Origin: Gemmatimonadota bacterium
Lineage (GTDB): Bacteria; Gemmatimonadota; Gemmatimonadetes; Longimicrobiales; RSA9
Direction of reading: 5' to 3'
NCBI GenBank assembly: GCA_040905425.1
Contig: JBBDRO010000032.1
Location: forward strand, 93,730 to 157,729
DNA: 64,000 nucleotides
This document shows, piece by piece, positions 9,013 to 18,442 of the stretch. Made by a program: the position numbers and the translations under genes. Numbering within the stretch: the first letter of the stretch is position 1; each line of letters opens with the position of its first letter. The notes under the pieces are model-generated. The model did no database searches and was not told the origin of the DNA. It worked only from the letters and a program-made list of their open reading frames with translations.

Positions 9013-10419
9013 TCACCTCTCTGGCGAGGCCATGTCCACCAGGCTCACGGGTTCGCCATGCGGCTGGACGTCCCCCGGCAGGTGCGCCTTCTCCGCCGCC
9101 GCGGCGGAGGAGAAGTCCGGCGCCCTGGAGGGGACGAGTACGTAGCCCTCGCTCCGGGCCACCACCACCGAGGTGAGCAGGTCGGTGGTGACGTTCGGTA
9201 CCGTGCGGGCCATGTCCAGGATGCGGTCCACGCCCAGGACCAGTGCGATGGCCTCCCCGGGCACGCCCACCATGATCAGTACCATGACCAGGAGCGGAAT
9301 GGAGCCGCTCGGCACGCCGGCCGCCCCGATGGCGGTGACGATGGACATGACCACCACCACGGCCTGCATGCCCAGGGACAGATCCACGCCGAACACCTGC
9401 GCCAGGAACAGCACGGTCATCCCTTCGAAGAGCGCCGTGCCGTTCATGTTCATGGTGGCCCCAAGCGGCACCACGAAGCCCGACACCTCCCGCGGCACGC
9501 CGAACTCCTCCTCGGCGGTGCGCAGGGTGGTGGGCATGGTGGCGTTGGAGCTGGAGGTGGAGAAGGCCGTGATCATGAGGTAGCGGCAGCGCCTCAGGAA
9601 GACGCGCGGACCGATGCCGGTGAAGATCCTGGCCAGGGCGGTGAGCACCACGAACTGGTGGATGGCCAGCGCCGTCAGCACCATGACCACGTAGAGTCCC
9701 AGCGAGCGCAGCACGTCGAAGCCAAACTGAGAGGTGACCGAGAAGATGAGGCCGGCTACACCGTAGGGCGCCAGCTTCATGGCGAAGCCGATGATCTCGA
9801 TGACCGCCTGCGCCACCCCCTCCAGCACCCTGATGACCGGGTACGCGACGTGCTTCGGCAGACGCGTGAGGGCCACGCCGAACATGAGGGTGAAGAAGAT
9901 GATGCCCAGCATGTCCCCGCTGGCCGCCGCGCCCACGAAGTTGCGGGGCACGATGTTCACGAAGGTGCTGATGCCGAAGCCGGTGGTCTCCGAGGCGGCC
10001 ACGCGGTCGGCGGCCTGCGTGGCATACTCCGCCAGCAGGCCCTCCCGCACCGTGGGGTCGAGGCCGGCGCCCGGCTGGAAGACGTTGGCCGCCGTGAGCC
10101 CCAGCATCACCGCCAGGAAGGTGGTGAAGAGGAAGAAGGCGAACGTCTTGCCGCCGATGCGCCCCAGGCTGCGCAGGTCGCCGAGTCCCGCCACGCCCAG
10201 CGCCAGCGTGGTGAAGACCAGGGGTACCACCACCATGAAGAGCATGCGCAGGAAGATCTGGCCCACCGGCTGCGCAACGTAGGTGTTGACCGTCTCCACC
10301 CAGGGGGCGCCACCGGCCAGGAGATTGGCGGCCACGCCGGCGCCCGCCCCGAGGACCAGGCCCAGGAGGATCTTGGTGTGCAGGGGGACGCCGCGGCGCC
10401 CGCCCGACTCTGCGCTCAT
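9013..10419 (-). CDS. Dicarboxylate/amino acid:cation symporter (DAACS, GltP/DctA family)
   Basis: AFSTSSSNATMP and PLGATMNMNG motifs, DRILDMARTVPNV, multiple TM helices. Confidence 0.93.
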   Translation of the reverse strand: MSAESGGRRGVPLHTKILLGLVLGAGAGVAANLLAGGAPWVETVNTYVAQPVGQIFLRMLFMVVVPLVFTTLALGVAGLGDLRSLGRIGGKTFAFFLFTTFLAVMLGLTAANVFQPGAGLDPTVREGLLAEYATQAADRVAASETTGFGISTFVNIVPRNFVGAAASGDMLGIIFFTLMFGVALTRLPKHVAYPVIRVLEGVAQAVIEIIGFAMKLAPYGVAGLIFSVTSQFGFDVLRSLGLYVVMVLTALAIHQFVVLTALARIFTGIGPRVFLRRCRYLMITAFSTSSSNATMPTTLRTAEEEFGVPREVSGFVVPLGATMNMNGTALFEGMTVLFLAQVFGVDLSLGMQAVVVVMSIVTAIGAAGVPSGSIPLLVMVLIMVGVPGEAIALVLGVDRILDMARTVPNVTTDLLTSVVVARSEGYVLVPSRAPDFSSAAAAEKAHLPGDVQPHGEPVSLVDMASPER

Positions 10420-10529
10420 AGCTTCTCCGGCTCATTGTACTGAAGCCCGCCAGGACGGCGGGCTCGGCTCCGGAGCGGACGCTCCGGCGGGATGGCTGAT
10501 CTCGACGCGCGGGTGCGGCTACATGTTGG

Positions 10530-10844
10530 TCAGCTCGCGGCCGCGACCGGATCGACGATGCGCTGCAGGGTGGAGAAGCGACGGCGCAGTTCGTCGCGGC
10601 GGAGGCGATTGAGCGTCCAGAGGCCGTTCTTACGGCGCTCGATCACGCTGGCGGACTCCAGTACCGAGAGGTGATGGGAGATGAGCGAGGGGGACAGGCC
10701 GAGGGAGCGGCCGATGTCACCACACGTGATCTCGGCGCCTTCCGGGGCCAGCAACTCCACAATGCGATAGCGATTCACATCCGAGAGCGCGGCCAGCACG
10801 CGCACCACCTCCTGGTGCGACGATGGCTTCTGGGCTGCGTCCAC
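10530..10844 (-). CDS. ArsR/SmtB family transcriptional regulator
   Basis: ALSDVNRYRIVELL...LSPSLISHHLSVLESASVI winged HTH. GGAGG RBS before GTG 10844. Confidence 0.85.
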   Translation of the reverse strand: MDAAQKPSSHQEVVRVLAALSDVNRYRIVELLAPEGAEITCGDIGRSLGLSPSLISHHLSVLESASVIERRKNGLWTLNRLRRDELRRRFSTLQRIVDPVAAAS

Positions 10845-10996
10845 GCACCCTCCAAATTCGATGGCACTTCCCGGCTTGCGGGGCACGGCAGGATACCGCA
10901 CGGGCTCTGTACCCCGGGTGCCCGGGCGGGGTCCGCGTCCCGGGCCCGTTGCCGGCGGTCGTGGGCGGTGGGGTGGAGCCGAGGGGCGCGGGGTGC

Positions 10997-11413
10997 TCAG
11001 CGCCCGGGTTCCTGGTCCGCCTCCCGCTCCACCAGATGGACGGAGCAGGCCCGCACCGTGTCGCCGCCGGCAATCAGCTCGAAGGTGAAGCGGCCGGCGT
11101 GCGGGAAGACCACCCGCTCCATGGGCATGATGAGGCGCGTCTGCGGGGGCGGCATGCCCGCGCGGGGGGGCGCCACCTCCGTGTGCCCCTGGATGGTGAG
11201 CACGCGCGTGCCGTCCCCGTCCACTAGGTCGGCGCGCAGCGGCTGCCGGCCGGCTTCATCCGGCGCCCACTCCACCACGAACACGGCCGTCATCCGGTCC
11301 TGTAGGGCCGGGAAGCCGGGCGCGCTGAGTTCATGAAAGACGCCCCGCAGGTCGAGCTTCCCGTCGGGGCGTTCCATGGCTGTGTCACAGACGACCGCAA
11401 GCACTAGTTCCAT
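10997..11413 (-). CDS. Conserved beta-sandwich hypothetical protein (DUF6941-like)
   Basis: LAVVCDTA..RPDGKLDLRGVF...FPHAGRFTFEL pattern. Confidence 0.7.
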   Translation of the reverse strand: MELVLAVVCDTAMERPDGKLDLRGVFHELSAPGFPALQDRMTAVFVVEWAPDEAGRQPLRADLVDGDGTRVLTIQGHTEVAPPRAGMPPPQTRLIMPMERVVFPHAGRFTFELIAGGDTVRACSVHLVEREADQEPGR

Positions 11414-11535
11414 GGCGGCGCAAGATGTCCGTGGCCGGAGGGGGTTGTCAATCGCGCGTGTGTCCGGCACCGTGAGCGCCCCAGGCTGCGGCGAGCTGCC
11501 GCCGTCCCGAAGGATCCAGGACCGTGGAAGGCCCT

Positions 11536-12243
11536 ATGAAGACCATTCTCGTGGCACTCGCGCACCCTGATGACGAGGTGGGCTGTGCCGGTACCATGGC
11601 TACGCACGCCGCGCGGGGTGACCGGGTGGTGGCGCTCTTCCTCACCCGGGGAGAGATGACGGAGGCGCTCGGCACGAGCGACCCCGCCGAGGTGGCGCGC
11701 CGACGCGTGGAGCAGGGCCGGGAAGCCGCGGCCATCGTGGGCGCGGAAGCCCGGTTTCTGGATCTGCCGGATACCGGCGTGCGGGATACGCCGGAGGCGG
11801 CCGCGCGGGTGGCTCGGGTGGTGGCGGAGGTCCGGCCGGACGCCGTCGTGACCTGGGGCGAGGCGTGGATCCGCGGCATGCGCCATCCGGATCATCAGGC
11901 CACCGGACGTGTGGTGCGGGCGGCCGTGACGCTGGCACGCATGGCACGAGCCGTGGCGCCGGCGGAGCCGCATCGCCTGCCCGCGCCGGTGTTCACGTTG
12001 CGCGACCGCCACTCCGGCCTGCCCGCGGCCGCCATCGACGTCTCCCCCGGTTGCGCGGCGGCGCTGGCGCTGGGCGAGTACTACCGCGCCCGGATCGGCT
12101 GGCCCTGGGAGGGCTGGCACGAGGCGCGGCTGCGTCGCTTCGGCAAGCAGTGGGGCGTGGCGGCCGCGGAGGTGCTGGATGCCTGGGAAACGGAGCCGGG
12201 ACTCTGGCCGGGCCTCACGGATGCGCCCCTCGTGCCGTACTGA
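11536..12243 (+). CDS. PIG-L/LmbE family deacetylase (BshB-like)
   Basis: AHPDDE and HPDH metal-binding motifs, TRGE. Confidence 0.9.
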   Translation: MKTILVALAHPDDEVGCAGTMATHAARGDRVVALFLTRGEMTEALGTSDPAEVARRRVEQGREAAAIVGAEARFLDLPDTGVRDTPEAAARVARVVAEVRPDAVVTWGEAWIRGMRHPDHQATGRVVRAAVTLARMARAVAPAEPHRLPAPVFTLRDRHSGLPAAAIDVSPGCAAALALGEYYRARIGWPWEGWHEARLRRFGKQWGVAAAEVLDAWETEPGLWPGLTDAPLVPY

Positions 12244-12252
12244 CGCCGACGC

Positions 12253-13140
12253 TCAGTCGGAGTAGAGCGCGAAATCCGGGCGCAGGTAGCGGCGCTCCTC
12301 CACCAGCAGGTCATCCAGGGTATCCCGGATGGCCTCCTCCAGGTCACGCGAGACATGGCTCCCTGCCCATGCGGGTAGCGCGGCCAGGTCGGCGGACCGC
12401 AGGCCGGGCGCCGTGACCACCTCACCCTCATGGTCCAGGCGTAGGAAGCCGATCGGCAGCAGCGTGCGGTCGCCGGCATCCCGGTCCACGGCCAGGTAAC
12501 GGACCCGTGCCCGGGCCGGCTCCACGATCAGTTCCACCACCGTTCCCGTGGCCTCCCCACCGGCCGTCAGCGTCCAGCCGCGCACGTCCGGCTCACCGCG
12601 GGCCACCTCCCAGCCCTCCAGCGCGTCCAGCGGGAGGAGGGCCGGCGTGGCTCTGCCTTCCGCCTGCGCGGCCGTGGGAGTGTGGTCGTCCGTTCCCGGC
12701 GCCGCGGGCACCAGTGGCTCCTGGCTGCTGAACAGTCCGGTGTGGTCGTACGCGGGATGAGCGTAATAGCGCTCACCGTGGAAAAGGCGGCCGTGGGCGT
12801 GCAGCAGGGCACGCTCGTAGGGATCATCCAGGTCCGTAGCGGAGGGGTCGAAAGCGGGGATGCGGTCCAGGTCTTCGAGCAGCGCCGCGCGCAAGCGCAC
12901 TTCGGGCAGCTCACGGTCTTCCCGCAGGAAGCGGGCGTGGCCCACGGGAACCAGCACATGCTTGGTCCGCTTTTCCAGACCTATGTCCAGATAGCGGACC
13001 AGGCCGCTGGCCGACTCGGCCACGGCGCCCACGGTGCGGCCGATCCCCACGCCGCTGGCGTCCTCCACCCGGAGATCGCCCAGATCCGCCACGACGCGGA
13101 GCGCACGACCTCCTCCGACCTCTTTCGCAGCAGCGCTCAC
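12253..13140 (-). CDS. Tandem PRC-barrel domain protein
   Basis: Two repeats of 'G.V..L.V......VRYL........K.VL.P.G..R'. GTG overlaps the upstream TGA. Confidence 0.75.
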   Translation of the reverse strand: MSAAAKEVGGGRALRVVADLGDLRVEDASGVGIGRTVGAVAESASGLVRYLDIGLEKRTKHVLVPVGHARFLREDRELPEVRLRAALLEDLDRIPAFDPSATDLDDPYERALLHAHGRLFHGERYYAHPAYDHTGLFSSQEPLVPAAPGTDDHTPTAAQAEGRATPALLPLDALEGWEVARGEPDVRGWTLTAGGEATGTVVELIVEPARARVRYLAVDRDAGDRTLLPIGFLRLDHEGEVVTAPGLRSADLAALPAWAGSHVSRDLEEAIRDTLDDLLVEERRYLRPDFALYSD

Positions 13141-13697
13141 TCGGTCACGAGATGGCGCAGGCGGTGGGCAAGGCTGCCCTCGGAGAGGGAAAGGGCCTGG
13201 CCAACCACTTCGCTCCGGGTGCGCCCCGCAAAGGACCGCACCGCGTCTGTGCAGCGACGACCGTCCGGACCCAGGAAGACGAAGCGCCCGAAGCACTGGC
13301 CCGTCCGCTCCCAGAACTCGAGCCGCACGCGCCAGGCGGACCCGTCCACATCTAGCCATCGCAGGTCCACCCCATCGGAATGCGGAGCGCTGGGCGCACG
13401 CGGCTCCTGCGTGTCCGGCTCCGGCGCCGGCGCCGCCGCAGCCATCGTCGCCGATCGGGCGGGCAGGCACCGCACGGCGCCCTCCCAGCCGCAGGCCAGA
13501 CACCAGCGCCGTTGCACCACCACCCTGCGCAACATGGTGGAGGCCAACCGGAGGGCGCCGTCCGCGAGCAGCAGGCTGTCACCTCCGCAATGGGGACAGC
13601 GCTTACCCCAGGGGAGGGAACGGAAGCCCACCCAGCCGCTCAGGGCCAGGGGGAAGAGGAAGATCAGTGCAATGTACGCTGTTGCGAGTAAGGCCAC
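13137..13697 (-). CDS. Membrane-anchored zinc-ribbon protein
   Basis: N-terminal TM helix followed by CPHCG...CLACGW. Confidence 0.65.
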   Translation of the reverse strand: MALLATAYIALIFLFPLALSGWVGFRSLPWGKRCPHCGGDSLLLADGALRLASTMLRRVVVQRRWCLACGWEGAVRCLPARSATMAAAAPAPEPDTQEPRAPSAPHSDGVDLRWLDVDGSAWRVRLEFWERTGQCFGRFVFLGPDGRRCTDAVRSFAGRTRSEVVGQALSLSEGSLAHRLRHLVTE

Positions 13698-13743
13698 GGT
13701 GGTCTCGGGGGCCGGGTTGCGATTCGTTTGCGCATGCTGGGAA

Positions 13744-13759
13744 AGCAAGATGCGTTCCC
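13744..13759 (-). promoter_or_regulatory. Putative sigma54 (-24/-12) promoter
   Basis: GGGAACGCATCTTGCT on the minus strand, GG-N10-GC spacing, ~47 bp upstream of GTG 13697. Confidence 0.5.
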
Positions 13760-14025
13760 CGTTCCGGGAGGGCGCGACCGCCCCTCCACAGCCCTGTGGA
13801 CCCGGGTGCTATGCCCCGTTTTTCCTGGTTTTCGCGGCCGTACGGCATGAATCTTCCGCAAAGGGCCCGCGACGCCACCGGTACGCTCATGCCAGCCGCG
13901 CCTTCATTGCGGTTGTTGCTGCCGGCCGGCATCATCAGCGCCGCAGCACGGCCGGCCGCCGCACAGGACGTGGCGGTGGCGCGCCGCTGTTAGGCGGCGC
14001 CATTGAACCACTCGAAGGAGGAAAG

Positions 14026-14235
14026 ATGAAACGCTCCCTGATCACCGCATTCGGCGTTGCCGCCATCGTGGGCCTGGCCGCCTGTGGCGAGCCGGAGGAC
14101 GAGGGGCTGGAAGTGCCGGATGTGGAGGAGACGGCGCCGCCGCCGGCCGCACCCATGACGCCGCCCGATACCATGATGATGGGTGACACCATGATGGGTG
14201 ACACCATGATGGTGGACACGATGGGCACGCTCTAG
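14026..14235 (+). CDS. Small Met-rich lipoprotein (69 aa)
   Basis: AAGGAGG RBS. MKRSLITAFGVAAIVGLAAC lipobox. C-terminal DTMMMG-DTMMG-DTMMV-DTMG repeats. Appears in the ORF track only as the tail of a spurious 517-aa ORF. Confidence 0.85.
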   Translation: MKRSLITAFGVAAIVGLAACGEPEDEGLEVPDVEETAPPPAAPMTPPDTMMMGDTMMGDTMMVDTMGTL

Positions 14236-14399
14236 GACCGCCCGGGGGCAGGACGGCGGGCGGGCCGCAACGGACCGCACCGCCGTTCCCGTCGCCCCCG
14301 TCCGGCGCTGCCGAGCCGGTTGCCGCCCCGGGCGGTGCCGGCTCTATTCATGTGCGGGGGGGCCGCAGGGGAACCCCCGCTCCCCGGGAACCCAGGACG

Positions 14400-15272
14400 A
14401 TGCCGCAGGATCCGTCGATGATGGTGGACGAGCTGGGCGCACACGTTTCGGTGGCGGGTGGCGTGGACCGCGCTCCGGAGCGGGCGGCGGCGATCCGCTC
14501 CGCGGTGGTGCAGGTCTTTACGAAGCAGCCCAATCGCTGGGCGGAACGGGAGGTGGAGGCGGCGCTGGCCGAAGCCTTTGCCACCGAGCGAGCGCGTCAC
14601 CGGATCACGCAGGTGGCGTCCCACGACTCCTACCTCATCAATCTGGCCTCCCCGGACTCCACCTTGCACGCGCGTTCCTACGCGTCCTTCACGGCCGAGC
14701 TGCGCCGCTGTGCGGCGCTGCGGGTGGATTTCCTGGTGACGCATCCCGGGAATGCCACCGATGACGACCCCCCGAGCGGACTGGCCCGCAACGCGGCGGC
14801 CATCGAGCGTGCCGTGCTCGAGGTGCCCGGTGACACGGTGGTGCTCCTGGAAACCACTGCCGGTGCCGGGCGGGTGCTCGGCGCTACCTTCGAAGAACTG
14901 GCGGACATGCTCGAGCGCATGTCCCCGGAGGCGCGCGCACGCATGGGTGTGTGCCTGGACACCTGCCATGTCTGGGCGGCGGGCTACGATCTGGTGGCGG
15001 ACTGGGATGACGTGTTCGCGCGGTTCGACGACGTGCTGGGGCTGGAGCGCCTGCGCCTCTTCCATCTCAACGACTCGGTGGGCCAGCTCGGCAGCCGGCG
15101 CGATCGGCACGCGTGGATCGGGGATGGCACCATCGGCCAGGAGCCCTTCCGCAGGCTGATGACCGATGAGCGCTTCACGAGTGTGCCGAAGGTGCTGGAG
15201 ACGCCCAAGGGAGACGATCACGTGGCTTCGGACCTGCGCAATCTGGAGCTGCTGCGCAGCTTCCGAAGCTGA
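14400..15272 (+). CDS. nfo: Endonuclease IV (AP endonuclease)
   Basis: LGAHVSVAGG, HDSYLINLAS, HPG, LLETTAG, CLDTCH, HLNDS, DRH and ETP motifs. Confidence 0.93.
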   Translation: MPQDPSMMVDELGAHVSVAGGVDRAPERAAAIRSAVVQVFTKQPNRWAEREVEAALAEAFATERARHRITQVASHDSYLINLASPDSTLHARSYASFTAELRRCAALRVDFLVTHPGNATDDDPPSGLARNAAAIERAVLEVPGDTVVLLETTAGAGRVLGATFEELADMLERMSPEARARMGVCLDTCHVWAAGYDLVADWDDVFARFDDVLGLERLRLFHLNDSVGQLGSRRDRHAWIGDGTIGQEPFRRLMTDERFTSVPKVLETPKGDDHVASDLRNLELLRSFRS

Positions 15273-15416
15273 TGCCATGGGCGCGCCCGCGGAGCGCCAT
15301 TTTTGCGAACAAAGGGACGAAAACCGGAAAAAAGTTGGCGGTATGGCGCTTCAGTCGAAACGCATGAAATCTGACAAACCACTGAAGGCAAACGATTTAT
15401 GAGGTTTGGCACGTGC

Positions 15417-15432
15417 TGGCCCGGCTCCTGCT
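15417..15432 (+). promoter_or_regulatory. Putative sigma54 promoter
   Basis: TGGCCCGGCTCCTGCT (GG-N10-GC), downstream of an AT-rich stretch and ~50 bp before GTG 15483. Confidence 0.35.
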
Positions 15433-15482
15433 TTATCCTCCGGCACAAAGCTGCGGCGAGCGGGAACTCCGGGGAGAGCGCC

Positions 15483-16166
15483 GTGGCAAAAGGCGGGCGG
15501 TCAGCTTTCGAGCGGGCCGTCCCGTCTTTTTTTGTACCTGCGTCCCTGCTGGCGCTCTGCCTGGCACCGGGGACGCTCGCCGCGCAGGGACCGCGGCTGG
15601 AGTTCCGCCTGGGCGTGGTGGCCTCGAGCGCGCTGGCCCGCGACGAAGTGGCCAGCACGCTGCTACGGCAGAGGGTGGCGGCGCCCGTCAGCCGTGAGGT
15701 GCTGGCCGGCCCCCGTCCCGCACCCGCCCTGGAGATGGCCCTGCAACTGCCGCTCCGGCCCGGGTTGGCCGCCGAACTGGCGCTCGGCTACTCGCGGAGC
15801 GCCCTCGGCGTCGAGGAGGCGGAGGGAAGCTCCTGGGACGCCGGTAACCTGTACGTGTTGCAGGGTCTGCTCGGCATCCGCTGGCAATGGCGGCCCGGGG
15901 TGGGCGTGAGCGGCGCCTTCGGGGCACTGCGCTACGGGGCGGACGGGCGGGCCTTCTTCGCGGCGGGAGGGGAGATGAATCCCGGCATCGAAACCGCGCT
16001 CGACGTGCGGCTGCCGTGGCACGACGGCCGCACCGGCGTACGTGCTTTCGCGCAGGTGCATGGCTTCAACACTCCCGCGCTACGCCGGGCGGGGGCCGCG
16101 GACGGCGGCGTCATGCGCTTCGGTGTACAGGTGACGCAGCGCTTTTTCGGCGGGAGGGGTTCATGA
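15483..16166 (+). CDS. Secreted protein, probable small outer-membrane beta-barrel
   Basis: Signal peptide ending TLAA-Q. Alternating hydrophobic strands (AELALGYS, LLGIRWQW, FGVQVTQRF). Confidence 0.6.
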   Translation: MAKGGRSAFERAVPSFFVPASLLALCLAPGTLAAQGPRLEFRLGVVASSALARDEVASTLLRQRVAAPVSREVLAGPRPAPALEMALQLPLRPGLAAELALGYSRSALGVEEAEGSSWDAGNLYVLQGLLGIRWQWRPGVGVSGAFGALRYGADGRAFFAAGGEMNPGIETALDVRLPWHDGRTGVRAFAQVHGFNTPALRRAGAADGGVMRFGVQVTQRFFGGRGS

Positions 16167-16945
16167 GCGGCGCGTTCGGGGGCCCGAGCGCCGCCGCGTG
16201 CTCGCGCGGTAGCGCTGCCTGCCGGCGCGGCCTGCGCGCCGCCTCCCGACACGTCCCGCGCGCCGCCTCCCGGCACGTCCTCGGGCTTGCGGTGGCGGCG
16301 AACCTGGGGCTGGCCGGAGCCTGCGACGCGCCCACGATCCCGGAGCGCCGGCTCGACGACACCTACGCCTTCACCCTCCCCACCGCCACCGGCGATACGC
16401 TGGTGCTGCGCTGGCCCCAGGGGTCCGTGGTGCGTGTCTGGGCCGCGGACGCCGATGCGGGTGCCCCGCTGCGCGCGGCCTTCGAGGCAGGCGCGGCGCT
16501 CTGGAACGAGCGGGCGCTGTTCGGCGAGTATCGCCTGGTGGCCGCCGCCGCGCCGGCGGAGGCCGACATCCTCCTGGCCTGGGCGCCCGGGCCGCTGCCC
16601 GTGGACACGGAGGCCTGCCCGCCCCTCACGCGACGCGGGACCACCACCTTCTGTCTACGCGACCAGGACGGCAGGAGGCGGCTCGACGTCTTTCCACTGC
16701 TCGCTGGGGAGGATCACGGGCAGGTTCGCATGCTGGTGACGTTCCTCCGGGAGGCCGGCGCGCCGCCCGCCGACCTGGCCGCGCTGGTGGCGCACGAACT
16801 GGGACACGTGCTGGGCTTGACGCGTCACTCCCCGAACCCGCTGGACCTGATGTACGAGAGTCCGGGCATGCCGCCCGCGCTCAGTCTTCGCGACGCTGCC
16901 ACGGTCCAGGTCCTCTACCATACGCGGGCCGATATCGTCCCCTGA
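16163..16945 (+). CDS. Matrixin-like (metzincin) zinc metalloprotease, probable lipoprotein
   Basis: HELGHVLGLTRH zinc motif, LMY Met-turn, LAGAC lipobox-like. ATGA overlap with the upstream gene. Confidence 0.8.
   Translation: MSGAFGGPSAAACSRGSAACRRGLRAASRHVPRAASRHVLGLAVAANLGLAGACDAPTIPERRLDDTYAFTLPTATGDTLVLRWPQGSVVRVWAADADAGAPLRAAFEAGAALWNERALFGEYRLVAAAAPAEADILLAWAPGPLPVDTEACPPLTRRGTTTFCLRDQDGRRRLDVFPLLAGEDHGQVRMLVTFLREAGAPPADLAALVAHELGHVLGLTRHSPNPLDLMYESPGMPPALSLRDAATVQVLYHTRADIVP
16234..16281. repeat. 24-bp tandem duplication (RAASRHV x2) in the protease N-terminus
   Basis: GCGCGCCGCCTCCCGACACGTCCC followed by GCGCGCCGCCTCCCGGCACGTCCT. Confidence 0.8.
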
Positions 16946-17009
16946 GACGGGACGCCTCACGGGCTCGCAACCCGCCGCCGCAGGGGGGTGCCGGGTGGTG
17001 TTGGACGCG

Positions 17010-17038
17010 TTGACGAGGAGGGGGTACCCCGCTACATT
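17010..17038 (+). promoter_or_regulatory. Sigma70-type promoter
   Basis: TTGACG-17 bp-TACATT immediately upstream of the predicted structured RNA. Confidence 0.75.
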
Positions 17039-17044
17039 TCTTCA

Positions 17045-17215
17045 GCACGGAACAGACGTGCTGGAGGGTCCATTTTTGGGCCTACAGCAATACCAGATGG
17101 GGCCGACTTCCGGGTCGGACGTCACGCCTCGCGAGAGGAAGGCGGAAAAGCCTGGAGTGGTCACCAGTCGATTACGACTGGGCTCCATAAAATACCCTTC
17201 GGTACGTCGATCCTG
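17045..17215 (+). ncRNA. ssrS: Probable 6S RNA
   Basis: 17055-17069 GACGTGCTGGAGGGT pairs with 17194-17208 ACCCTTCGGTACGTC (15 bp, 3 G-U). The stem extends via ATTTTTGGGCC/GGGCTCCATAAAAT. A-rich central bubble ACAGCAATACCAGAT lies opposite a CCAGTCG-ATTA-CGACTGG hairpin, followed by an apical stem. Has its own promoter and terminator. Confidence 0.75.
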
Positions 17216-17253
17216 GACCGACCCGCGGTTAATCGCGGGTCGGTTCCTTTTGT
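17216..17253 (+). terminator. Rho-independent terminator
   Basis: GACCGACCCGCG-GTTAAT-CGCGGGTCGGTT hairpin followed by CCTTTTGT. Confidence 0.8.
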
Positions 17254-17412
17254 AGGAACGCGGGCGGGCGAGCCGCGCTGCCGGGCGCCTCCGCTCCTTG
17301 CCCCCGTAGCACGGCGCGGCCACCTTGCCCGGAACCCATGCACCCCGGGACCGGTTCGCTCTCCGGATGCCCGCGTCCCGGGCCGCGCACCCTGCATGAA
17401 GGAAAGGATCCC

Positions 17413-17829
17413 ATGTCCCGCGTTCGCGTAACGCGCCGCGTCCATTTCAGTGCGGCGCATCGCCTCGGACGCTCCGATTGGAGCGACGAGCGGAACCGGG
17501 AGGTCTTCGGCGACTGCGCCAATCCGAACTGGCACGGGCACAATTACGAGTTGGACGTGACGGTGGAGGGTCCCGTGGATCCCGCCACCGGGTTCGTGCT
17601 CGATCTGAAGGAACTGCGCAGCCTGGTCGAGGACCGCGTGGTGGCCGACGTGGACCACCGCAACCTCAATCTGGACGTAGCCTGGATGGAAGGCCTGAAC
17701 CCCACCACGGAACACCTCGTCGTGGCCATCTGGCGGCGGCTGGTGGACGCGCTGCCGGGCGAGGCCCGGCTGGTGCGCCTCGTCCTCTGGGAAACCCCCC
17801 GCAACTACGTGGAGTACGCCGGCGAATAG
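17413..17829 (+). CDS. 6-pyruvoyl-tetrahydropterin synthase (COG0720, C-x5-HGH type)
   Basis: [28 protein letters not shown] and ETPRN motifs. Confidence 0.88.
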   Translation: MSRVRVTRRVHFSAAHRLGRSDWSDERNREVFGDCANPNWHGHNYELDVTVEGPVDPATGFVLDLKELRSLVEDRVVADVDHRNLNLDVAWMEGLNPTTEHLVVAIWRRLVDALPGEARLVRLVLWETPRNYVEYAGE

Positions 17830-17842
17830 CCGGGCACGAGCA

Positions 17843-18442
17843 ATGACCGAGGAACGCACGAACACCGATCTGAGCGGAGCCAGCTTTCCGGACCTCGTGG
17901 CGGAGATGCTGCGGCGCCTGGGTGAGGATCCCTTCCGCGAGGGTCTGGCGCGCACCCCCGAACGGGTGGATCGAAGCCTCCAATGGCTCACGCGCGGCTA
18001 CGGGATGAGCGTGGCCGATGTGGTGGGGGAGGGCATCTTCCACGAGGACCACCACAACATGGTCATCGTGAAGGACATCGAGATGTACTCCCTGTGCGAG
18101 CATCACATGCTGCCGTTCTTCGGCAAGGTGCACGTGGCGTACATCCCGCAGGGTCGCATCGTGGGCCTCTCCAAGGTCCCCCGGGTGGTGGAGGTCTTTG
18201 CCCGCCGCCTGCAGGTGCAGGAGCGGCTCACCGAGCAGATAGCCTGCGCCCTCAATGACATCCTGGAGCCCGAGGGTGTGGGGGTCATCATCGAGGCCTA
18301 CCACCTGTGCATGATGATGCGCGGCGTGGAGAAGCAGAATTCCAAGACCATCACGAGCAGCATGCGGGGCGTCTTTCTGGACGACCTGCGCACGCGGGAG
18401 GAATTCCTGCGCCTGTGCACCATCAACGGCATCGTGGGATGA
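17843..18442 (+). CDS. folE: GTP cyclohydrolase I
   Basis: [33 protein letters not shown] and [11 protein letters not shown] motifs. Confidence 0.96.
   Translation: MTEERTNTDLSGASFPDLVAEMLRRLGEDPFREGLARTPERVDRSLQWLTRGYGMSVADVVGEGIFHEDHHNMVIVKDIEMYSLCEHHMLPFFGKVHVAYIPQGRIVGLSKVPRVVEVFARRLQVQERLTEQIACALNDILEPEGVGVIIEAYHLCMMMRGVEKQNSKTITSSMRGVFLDDLRTREEFLRLCTINGIVG

Noticed and set aside
12253..13140. PRC-barrel protein as photosynthetic reaction centre H subunit
   Set aside because: No puf, puh or bch genes in the window, and PRC barrels are widespread in non-phototrophs.
12682..14025. 517-aa plus-strand ORF 12682-14235
   Set aside because: It overlaps two credible minus-strand genes and reads as low-complexity shadow. 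Only the last 69 codons have an RBS and signal peptide.
16988..17431. Short ORFs across the 17.0-17.4 kb intergenic region
   Set aside because: No recognisable protein features. Promoter, long stem and terminator are better explained by an ncRNA.
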